This document shows, in pieces, positions 56,663 to 64,000 of a stretch of DNA of 64,000 nt. The DNA comes from an uncultured Roseibium sp. (lineage in GTDB: Bacteria; Pseudomonadota; Alphaproteobacteria; Rhizobiales; Stappiaceae): assembly GCA_963669205.1 (NCBI GenBank), contig OY769915.1, forward strand, positions 2,199,063 to 2,263,062, given 5' to 3'. Numbering within the stretch: position 1 is the stretch's first letter; each line of letters starts with the position of its first letter. A program made the position numbers and the translations under genes. The notes below the pieces were generated by a model. It had not been told where the DNA came from and did not search any database. It saw only the letters and a program-made list of their open reading frames with translations.

Positions 56663-57010
56663 GCAGCAAATTTACCCCGGTTGCGGTAAACAAACCTCTT
56701 CCTTTCTGGTTGAGGAAGGTTGCTTTGCTTAATTTTTGGTAGCTTCTGCTAGTCGAATTCTGTGTTCGGAATGCAGAACATATAATGATTCGCGCATGAT
56801 GACCGAAAAAGCTGGGTGGACATGTCCCGGCGCGTTTTGCTTGCTTGGCATAGCTCGAAGACGGCTGTCGGTCAGCTTCGAAGGCCACGTGGAGCCGCGG
56901 GCGTCGGTGCCTGACGCCCGCGAAACGAAAAGCCGTGGAACCCTTCATCGGCCCCACGGCTTCAATCCTTTAAAGACGTTTAGTTCACTTGCTGGTGTCG
57001 ACCCGCAAAC

Positions 57011-57445
57011 CTATTCCCGGACGATATAGACCGAACATTGGGAATGGCGCGCGACCCGTGCGGCATTCGGGCCGAGGAGAAACTCCTTCAGATCCGGCTT
57101 GTGAGCACCAATGACGATGAGGTCGGCGCCGGCTTGCTTGGCCGCCTCCAGGATCTCCTCGTAAATGGAACCCGCCGCGACGATGTGACGAACGGATTGG
57201 TTCCGCTCTTCACCCAGCACGCGAGTGACCATGTCGTTCAGGGCCGATTTCGTCTTCGTGACCAATTCGCCCTGAAAGTTCTCGTCGAAATAGGAGTTGA
57301 CCAGCGTCACGCCATAGTTCGGCACGACGGTGATGACATCCAGCTGAGCTCCATCGAGACGCGCGAGTTTGTCGCCCGTCTGAAGCACCTGCACATCATC
57401 CTCGTGTGAAATGTCGACTGCACACAGCACTGACTTGATGCTCAT
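57011..57445 (-). CDS. universal stress protein (UspA family)
   Basis: 144 aa. SVLCAVDIS...LIVIGAHKPDLKEFLLGPNAARVARHSQCSVYIV is the USP ATP-binding-type signature. The start overlaps the TRAP permease stop (ATGA). Confidence 0.9.
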   Translation of the reverse strand: MSIKSVLCAVDISHEDDVQVLQTGDKLARLDGAQLDVITVVPNYGVTLVNSYFDENFQGELVTKTKSALNDMVTRVLGEERNQSVRHIVAAGSIYEEILEAAKQAGADLIVIGAHKPDLKEFLLGPNAARVARHSQCSVYIVRE

Positions 57446-60069
57446 GCCGGCACTCCTTTCTCGCGGCCAGCGCGCGCGCGCTGGATCAGATAGACCACCA
57501 CCAGCAGCAGCAGGCCGGGGATATAGACAAGTTCCTTGGGCATCTGTTTGACCTCGACCTGTGCCTCCTTGGCGATCACGGGATCATCGCCGTAGAAGTC
57601 GAAATCGCCGAGCTCCTCGAAGTAGGGGGTGCCAGGGAACGGTTCGTCGATCTTCAGGACACCGTCTTCGTCGAGAACGGTGAGACCAAGCGCTTCAAGC
57701 CGTGCTTCTCCACCGTCTTCCGTGCCGGGATTGACGATGATCGTCTTCTCGGTCGTTTCCCCGGTGTCGAAATCAGGCCCGCTGACGGTCACCCGGATTT
57801 CCTGGCCTGCCGGTGCATTGCCGACCGCCTGCACGAACTGCGTCGGAGGGATCTGTTCGAACGGAGGCTGAATCCGGTTCATGAAGAAGTCCGGCCGGAA
57901 CAGCACGAATGCGATCAGCACAAGAGCAACGCTTTCGTAGATCCGGCTCTTGGTGACGAAGTGACCCATCGTGCCCGCGGTGAAGACGAGGATCGCGATT
58001 GTTGCGACCACGAAGACAAGCGTTCCCTGCAGCCATCCGACATCGATCAGCAACAGATCGGTGTTGAAGATGAACATGAAGGGCAGGGCGACGGTTCTGA
58101 GCGAGTAGAAGAAGGCCGTGAAACCGGTCCGGATGGCGTCGCCGCCCGAGACGGCCGCCGCGGCGAAGGATGCCAGGCCCACAGGAGGCGTCACATCCGC
58201 CATTATCCCGAAGTAGAACACGAACAGGTGCACGGCGATAAGCGGCACGATCAGACCGGACTGCGCGCCCAGTTCAACCACCACACCGGCCATGAGCGAG
58301 GACACGACGATGTAGTTCGCGGTGGTTGGAAGACCCATGCCTAGGACCAGTGACAGAACACCCACGAACATCAGCATCAGGACCAGGTTACCGCCCGACA
58401 CGAACTCGACAAGGTCGGCCATGACCTGCCCGATGCCTGTCAGGGTGACAGTGCCGACAATGATGCCGGCGGTTGCTGTCGCCAGGCCGATGCCGATCAT
58501 GTTGCGGGCGCCGTCGATCATGCCGTGGACAAGGTCGTTGACGCCTTCCTTCAGCTCGTTGACGGTTTCGCTTTCCCCGCGGAAAATCGCCTTGATCGGG
58601 CGCTGGGTCAGCAGGATCACGAAGAGCAGGGCTGTTGCCCAGAACGCCGAAAGTCCAGGCGATTTCTGTTCGATCATCAGGAAGTAGACGAGCACGACGA
58701 TCGGCAGCAGGTAATAGAGGCCTGCCTTGTAGATCTCGGCGATTTCCGGAAGCGTGATTTCCTTCTCGTTCGGATCGTCCGGATGCAGGTCGTCGACCGT
58801 CGCCGCAAGCTTCAGGAGGGCGAGATAGGCGACGAACACCAGCACTGCCAGGATCCAGCTCGCACCTTCGGGAACGGCCGCAACGATCCAGCCGACCGGG
58901 AACTTGACACCGTAACAGAGCGCTGCAAACCCGGCGAAGAAGAAGAACATCCCCAGGACAGTGCGCAGCGTGGAAACGGTTTTGTGGCCGATCGTCGGCA
59001 TGTTCCGTTTCACCGCTTCAAGGTGCACGATATAGACCAGCGCGATATAGGAAATGACTGCGGGCAGGAAGGCATGCGTGATCACGTCGACGTAAGAGAT
59101 GCCGACATATTCGACCATCAGGAACGCGGCGGCCCCCATGACCGGAGGCATGATCTGACCGTTGACCGACGAGGCCACTTCGACCGAGCCGGCCTGTTCC
59201 GATGAGAAGCCGACGCGCTTCATCAAGGGAATTGTGAAGGTGCCGGTCGTGACAACGTTCGCGATCGAGGAACCGGAGATCAGGCCGGTTGCGGCGGAAC
59301 CGACCACGGCGGCCTTGGCGGGGCCGCCCTTGAGGTGCCCGAGCGCGCCGAAGGCCATCTGGATGAAGTAGTTTCCGGCTCCCGCCTTGTCCAGTAGCGC
59401 ACCGAACAACACGAACAGAAAGACGAATTTGGTGGAGACACCGAGGGCGATGCCGAAGACCCCCTCCGAGGTGATCCACATGTGGCTCATCGCTTTCTTC
59501 AGCGAAGCGCCCTTCCAGCGGATGACCTCGGGAACCCATTCGCTTGAACCGAAGAAAACATAGAGCAGAAACACGGTCGCAACCGCGGCCATCGCGGGGC
59601 CGAGCGCGCGTCTTGCGGCTTCAAACAGCACAACAATGCCGGCCAGGGCAAACCACTTGTCCATGTCGTCGGCGAGGCCGCCGTTATTGACGATTTTCTC
59701 GTAGAAGAAAAACCCGTAGAGCGCGATGAACGCACCGAACAACGCGAGGATCCAGTCCTGTATCGGAATGTAGTGGCGCGGACTGCTCTTGAGCGCGGGA
59801 TAGGCCATGAAGGCCAGGAACATCGCAAAGGCAAGGTGGAACTGGCGGCTGTTGTTGATCAGGTCGCCGGGAAGGATGTAGTAGGCGACCGGGGATGCAA
59901 GAAGAACCTGGAACACGGACCATAAGAACGCGACCCCTGCCAAAAGCAGGCCGACGCTTCCGGCCGGATTGCGCGAGCCGGAATCGGAAGCGGCAACAAG
60001 TTCCTGAAGCTCTTCTTCCGACAGACCTCGCCGTGAGTCCTGATTGTTCGGTTGATTCTGATCCGCCAT
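57442..60069 (-). CDS. TRAP transporter fused permease (TAXI-type, DctQ-DctM fusion with C-terminal extra domain)
   Basis: The protein is ~875 aa from ATG 60069 (MADQNQPNN...). More than 16 TM segments are predicted. A C-terminal soluble segment and a final TM segment are typical of long TAXI-associated permeases. Confidence 0.9.
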   Translation of the reverse strand: MADQNQPNNQDSRRGLSEEELQELVAASDSGSRNPAGSVGLLLAGVAFLWSVFQVLLASPVAYYILPGDLINNSRQFHLAFAMFLAFMAYPALKSSPRHYIPIQDWILALFGAFIALYGFFFYEKIVNNGGLADDMDKWFALAGIVVLFEAARRALGPAMAAVATVFLLYVFFGSSEWVPEVIRWKGASLKKAMSHMWITSEGVFGIALGVSTKFVFLFVLFGALLDKAGAGNYFIQMAFGALGHLKGGPAKAAVVGSAATGLISGSSIANVVTTGTFTIPLMKRVGFSSEQAGSVEVASSVNGQIMPPVMGAAAFLMVEYVGISYVDVITHAFLPAVISYIALVYIVHLEAVKRNMPTIGHKTVSTLRTVLGMFFFFAGFAALCYGVKFPVGWIVAAVPEGASWILAVLVFVAYLALLKLAATVDDLHPDDPNEKEITLPEIAEIYKAGLYYLLPIVVLVYFLMIEQKSPGLSAFWATALLFVILLTQRPIKAIFRGESETVNELKEGVNDLVHGMIDGARNMIGIGLATATAGIIVGTVTLTGIGQVMADLVEFVSGGNLVLMLMFVGVLSLVLGMGLPTTANYIVVSSLMAGVVVELGAQSGLIVPLIAVHLFVFYFGIMADVTPPVGLASFAAAAVSGGDAIRTGFTAFFYSLRTVALPFMFIFNTDLLLIDVGWLQGTLVFVVATIAILVFTAGTMGHFVTKSRIYESVALVLIAFVLFRPDFFMNRIQPPFEQIPPTQFVQAVGNAPAGQEIRVTVSGPDFDTGETTEKTIIVNPGTEDGGEARLEALGLTVLDEDGVLKIDEPFPGTPYFEELGDFDFYGDDPVIAKEAQVEVKQMPKELVYIPGLLLLVVVYLIQRARAGREKGVPA

Positions 60070-60250
60070 GAAAATCCCCCATCCAACAGCTCGCGAAGGA
60101 GCCGCGCCCATAAATTCCCGGGTGTTTCGGGCCAGCGGCCCCTAGAAAAACGTGACATGCAATTCGTTTGCGCCCGCGTTTTTACTAACGTTCTTCAGCG
60201 CAAAGAAGTGGGTCCGGAGATGTGATCCCCGGACCCGAAGCGGTTCTGGA

Positions 60251-61237
60251 TTAGTTGATCCAGCCTTGCTCTTTGTAGTACTTGGCAGCACCCGGATGAA
60301 TCGGGGCGGACAGTCCGTCAGCAACCATTTCTTCCGGCTTCAGGTTTGCAAATGCGGGATGCAGCTTCTTGAACGCGTCGAAGTTCTCGAACACCGACTT
60401 GACCAGCGTGTAAACCGTGTCGTCAGCAACATCGGCGGACGTGATGAAGGTCGCGCCCACGCCGAATGTGTTCGTGTCGCCGTCATTGCCGCGGTACATG
60501 CCGCCCGGAATGGTCGCGGTCCGGTAGTAGCTGTTGTCGCCGACAAGCTTGTCGACGGCATCGCCGCCCACGTTTACCAGAACGGAATCACAGGCGGTCG
60601 TCGCTTCCTGGATGGAACCGGAAGGGTGACCGACCGTATAGACCATGGCATCGATCTGGTTGTCGCAAAGCGCTGCGGACTGCTCGGCGGCCTTCAACTC
60701 GGTCGCCTGGGCGAAATCGCCGGTGGTCCAGCCCATTGCTTCCATCAGGACTTCCATGGTGCCGCGCTGACCGGAACCCGGGTTGCCGATGTTGACGCGT
60801 TTGCCCTTGAGATCCTCGAAGTTCTTGATGCCGGAATCGGCACGTGCCACGACCGTGAACGGCTCGGGATGAACCGAAAAGACTGCGCGCAGGTTCTCGA
60901 ACGGACCTTTGTCTTCGAATTTCGAGGTGCCGTTGAAGGCATGGTACTGCCAGTCAGACTGTGCGACACCGAACTCAAGTTCACCTTCACGAACCGTGTT
61001 GATGTTGTACACCGAGCCGCCCGTGGATTCGACCGAGCAGCGAATGCCGTGGTCCTTGCGGCCCTTGTTGACCAGGCGGCAGATCGCACCACCGGTCGGG
61101 TAGTAAACGCCAGTGACGCCACCGGTTCCGATCGTGATGAATTCTTCGGCCGTTGCTGCTCCGGTAAATGCGATGCTGGTCGCCAGAACAGCACCTGCAA
61201 GGTTCATTTTCATCATCATTTGACTAGACTTCCCCAT
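60251..61237 (-). CDS. TAXI-family TRAP transporter solute-binding protein
   Basis: A signal peptide is followed by the hallmark [24 protein letters not shown] motif. Confidence 0.9.
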   Translation of the reverse strand: MGKSSQMMMKMNLAGAVLATSIAFTGAATAEEFITIGTGGVTGVYYPTGGAICRLVNKGRKDHGIRCSVESTGGSVYNINTVREGELEFGVAQSDWQYHAFNGTSKFEDKGPFENLRAVFSVHPEPFTVVARADSGIKNFEDLKGKRVNIGNPGSGQRGTMEVLMEAMGWTTGDFAQATELKAAEQSAALCDNQIDAMVYTVGHPSGSIQEATTACDSVLVNVGGDAVDKLVGDNSYYRTATIPGGMYRGNDGDTNTFGVGATFITSADVADDTVYTLVKSVFENFDAFKKLHPAFANLKPEEMVADGLSAPIHPGAAKYYKEQGWIN

Positions 61238-61272
61238 TGTTAAAATTCTTAAGTCAAGCGTGGCACACCACC

Positions 61273-62142
61273 CTAGACATTTTCAATCTCGTCGAGCAAG
61301 CGATTATGCTTCTCAACTTCCTGGATCCGTGCCTCGGCATCGGATCCGGCCCGCGCAACCAGCATGCCCGTTATGGTCTCTATCAGGACGAGCGTGGCTG
61401 CGTAAGACGAAAAAAAGTGTGGACTTTCAGTTCGTTGAATGAAGTGATAGTCGGCGTATTGCAGGCCAGGAAAGGCACGGCTGTCGGTCAGAACCACGAC
61501 TGTTGCGCCTTTAGTGGCCGCAATCTTGGCGGCACGCACGGACCTGTGGGCATAGGGGTGCTTGGAGATGATCAGCACTGTATCCTTCCCGTCCAGCCCG
61601 GCGAGCGTGCTGCCCAGTGTGGTTCCGTTCCGCCCCGCGACCGACCAGCGGTCATCGAACCATTTGGCGAGGTAGGCGAAATAGTCTGAAAAACCGGCCG
61701 AGCCGAGGGCGCCGATCAAGACAACCTTTCGCGATCCCGACAGCTGTTCCACCACCGCCTCAAGTGTTGACGGATCTATATCGGCGATCAGCCCCTGAAT
61801 GTTGTCGATGCAGGCGGATACCTGGCGTGGAAGCAGCGGCTGGTCGGCGTCCGATTGAAGTCGGCGCGCTTTTTCGCGGAAGCTCGCTTGCTCGCTTGCG
61901 TTCAGTTCCGTGCGGGCTTGCTCCCGCAGCGCTTCGTAGTCTGTGTATCCCAGCGCGCGTGCCAGGCGCGTGTAGCTTGCCGGTGAAACACCGCTCGCGG
62001 AAGCGATGGACCGCAGGCTTCTGGTGGCGATTTCCACCCGGTTCTCGGCAATATAGTCCGCAGCGACGCGCAATGCGTCGCTCAACTCGGCGTAATTTGC
62101 CGAAATCGCTGTCCGGATTTGCTGCTGCGGCCTGGCTCCCAT
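61273..62142 (-). CDS. MurR/RpiR-family transcriptional regulator (HTH + SIS domain)
   Basis: The N-terminal HTH_6-like region is [24 protein letters not shown]. The C-terminal SIS region is [11 protein letters not shown]...[11 protein letters not shown]. Confidence 0.88.
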   Translation of the reverse strand: MGARPQQQIRTAISANYAELSDALRVAADYIAENRVEIATRSLRSIASASGVSPASYTRLARALGYTDYEALREQARTELNASEQASFREKARRLQSDADQPLLPRQVSACIDNIQGLIADIDPSTLEAVVEQLSGSRKVVLIGALGSAGFSDYFAYLAKWFDDRWSVAGRNGTTLGSTLAGLDGKDTVLIISKHPYAHRSVRAAKIAATKGATVVVLTDSRAFPGLQYADYHFIQRTESPHFFSSYAATLVLIETITGMLVARAGSDAEARIQEVEKHNRLLDEIENV

Positions 62143-62430
62143 CGGCGCACTGTTTCATTTGTTTTTTGTCTTGTCAAACCCTGAAACAAATGTTTCTTTT
62201 CCGGTGTTTTGCTGGATGAAAACCAGCGGAACAATCCGGCAGCGGGATTGTCGTGCGCACATTTCTCGTGGCATTTGCCCGCGCTCGGGGTGACCCGGTT
62301 TCGGTAGACAAACAGAACGGCTGACACGGGCGCGGCTCCGGGCCCGGAGTGCGTTTTCAGATCAAAAAGACCTTCCGGCAGGGAGCACTGCCGGAAGGAA
62401 AGGTGGCGGATGGGATCGTTCCGGTTTCTC

Positions 62431-63918
62431 TTATTGTCCCTGGCCGAGCGAGTAACCCGGTACTCCGTTGAATGTGTAAAGGTTTTCCGTCTTGATGACC
62501 TCGACCTCCTTCCGGCTCAGGGCCATGATGAGGTCGGCGATGTCGCCTTGCCTGAGATGCGCCTCGTCGCATTCGAAGCGGCACCGCCAGTGATCCGTCT
62601 TGAAGGTTTCGGGCAGGCCTGCCGGCCAGACTTTCACGCCGCGGTTGGTGATCATGGTCAGTGTGGCGGCACATTGCTGTGTCGCCGCAATCAGCCGGAC
62701 GGCCAGATTGTCCGGATCGACCACCGTGTCGCGCACGAAGAGATCCACACCGACCAGACGCCGTTGCGCCGGAACCGGACGCACAGGCGGCGCGATCTTC
62801 GGGGCAGTCTGCTGGCTCTGAAGGATGGCTGGCTTGAGCAGGTTGGGGAGTTCGCCGATCCTGTCGATGACGGCATCGGCGAATTCTTCCGTTCCGGCCA
62901 TTGTCCGGCTTTGCGCCTTTGAATGAATATCGGCGGTGTGAATACCGCTTTCGATCGTTTTCAGCCAGGCATTGTGAAGCCTCGTCGCGGCCTGCTGCTG
63001 CCCGAGATGCGCAAGCATCTGCACGCCGGCAAGGATCAACCCGGACGGGTTGGCGACGCCTTTTCCGGCGATGTCGGGTGCCGACCCGTGAATGGCCTCG
63101 AACATGGCAAAACTTTCGCCGATATTCGCTGACGGTGCGATCCCGACAGATCCGCTGATTTCCGCCGCGATGTCGGAAATGATGTCCCCGTAGAGGTTCG
63201 TCGTGACAATGACGTCGAACAACTCCGGCGACGCGGCGAGCTTGGCGGCCCCGATATCGACGATCCAGTGATCCGCAGCGATTTCAGGGTATTCTGCCGA
63301 TATCTTCAGGAACATCTTGTGAAACAGACCATCCGTCAGTTTCATGATGTTGTCCTTGGAAAAACAGGATACTTTTCTGCGTCTGTTCGACCGCGCATAT
63401 TCGAAGGCCTGCCGGATGATCCGCTCCGTACCCGGGATCGAGACGAGTTTGAGGCACTGGAACACCTCGTCGGTCTGGCGGTGCTCGATGCCGGCATAGA
63501 GATCTTCCTCGTTCTCCCGGAAGATCACGACGTCCATGCCTGGGTGGTTCGACGCCACATAAGGCGTGAGCGCACTGCAGGGGCGGATGTTGGCAAAGAG
63601 CCCGAGCGTCTTGCGGATGGTGACATTCAGCGATTTGTAGCCGCCGCCCTGAGGCGTCGTGATCGGACCCTTGAACAGAACTCCGGCGGATCTCAGGACG
63701 CCCCAGCTGTCCGGGAGGATCCCGGACGTGTGGCCTGCCTCGTAGACCTTCTCGCCGAGGACGACTTCATGAATGTCCAGGTCCGCGCCCGCGGCGTGCA
63801 TGCATCGCAGGGCGGCGCGCATGATTTCCGGACCGATACCGTCACCATAGGCAACGGCAATCTGCGCCGTTTCAGAGGGTGCTATGGAATAGGCGGTCTG
63901 CGCGCTGTGAACGTTCAT
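62431..63918 (-). CDS. icd: isocitrate/isopropylmalate dehydrogenase-family enzyme, long alphaproteobacterial isocitrate dehydrogenase type
   Basis: The start MNVHSAQ... is at ATG 63918. The core shows IAVAYGDGIGPEIM, SLNVTIRKTLGLFANIRPC, NLYGDIISD and GSAPDIAGKGVANP motifs. A ~150-aa C-terminal extension is known, by recollection, for the alphaproteobacterial ICDH subfamily. Confidence 0.75.
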   Translation of the reverse strand: MNVHSAQTAYSIAPSETAQIAVAYGDGIGPEIMRAALRCMHAAGADLDIHEVVLGEKVYEAGHTSGILPDSWGVLRSAGVLFKGPITTPQGGGYKSLNVTIRKTLGLFANIRPCSALTPYVASNHPGMDVVIFRENEEDLYAGIEHRQTDEVFQCLKLVSIPGTERIIRQAFEYARSNRRRKVSCFSKDNIMKLTDGLFHKMFLKISAEYPEIAADHWIVDIGAAKLAASPELFDVIVTTNLYGDIISDIAAEISGSVGIAPSANIGESFAMFEAIHGSAPDIAGKGVANPSGLILAGVQMLAHLGQQQAATRLHNAWLKTIESGIHTADIHSKAQSRTMAGTEEFADAVIDRIGELPNLLKPAILQSQQTAPKIAPPVRPVPAQRRLVGVDLFVRDTVVDPDNLAVRLIAATQQCAATLTMITNRGVKVWPAGLPETFKTDHWRCRFECDEAHLRQGDIADLIMALSRKEVEVIKTENLYTFNGVPGYSLGQGQ

Positions 63919-64000
63919 GTCTGTCTCCTGACGTTTGAAAAACTGTGTGCGCGCCACATGTAGGGGCTGCAAATGAATTGCAAAAATTAATAATTTTGAG

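Noticed and set aside
60152-61243. 363-aa plus-strand ORF opposite the TAXI binding-protein gene
   Set aside because: It is an antisense shadow. The minus-strand frame contains the TAXI GTGG..GVYYP.GG signature.

Overview
This window looks like a high-GC alphaproteobacterial chromosome segment, probably marine Rhodobacterales or Hyphomicrobiales; that taxonomic call is inference only.

Positions 1-34.2 kb form one large surface-polysaccharide locus:
- a translationally coupled rfbC-B-D-A dTDP-L-rhamnose operon plus a rhamnosyltransferase-like gene;
- a lower-GC variable block with a Wzx flippase, a Wzy/O-antigen-ligase-like protein, four GT2/GT4 glycosyltransferases, a methyltransferase, an acetyltransferase and a nucleotide-sugar dehydrogenase;
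- two large secreted right-handed beta-helix proteins, one with an RTX/type I secretion tail and one with a Tat signal;
- a complete-looking exosortase module: an exosortase fused to an EpsI domain, a PrsT-like TPR lipoprotein, a Wzz-like chain-length determinant, an EpsG-like BY-kinase, an ExeA-like ATPase and two cargo proteins ending in VPLPA-CTERM sorting signals.

The rest of the window (34.5-64 kb) is mostly housekeeping or accessory metabolism:
- an FMN reductase;
- a sugar ABC transporter with a Gfo/Idh/MocA oxidoreductase;
- an ECF sigma factor with no adjacent anti-sigma gene, next to a 598-aa RTX protein that carries an internal 191-aa tandem duplication;
- pntAB and a YghU-type GST;
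- an SBP56 (methanethiol-oxidase family) gene, a His-motif membrane protein and a divergent LysR / M24-peptidase pair;
- an orphan periplasmic binding protein beside a HAMP-PAS-GGDEF-EAL sensor;
- a USP-coupled TAXI-TRAP transporter with an RpiR regulator;
- a long alphaproteobacterial-type isocitrate dehydrogenase.

I saw no rRNA, tRNA, CRISPR array, transposase, integrase or recognisable defence genes.

The items most worth a second look are:
- the VPLPA-CTERM/exosortase locus, including a cargo protein with Cys and Gln motifs that resemble an internal-thioester domain;
- the AlgE-like modular RTX beta-helix protein;
- a roughly 465-bp MITE-like element with twin CTAG-bounded hairpins that supplies the wzx stop codon;
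- the SBP56 / membrane protein / M24 organosulfur neighbourhood.

All functional calls come from reading motifs in the supplied translations. No database search was run.
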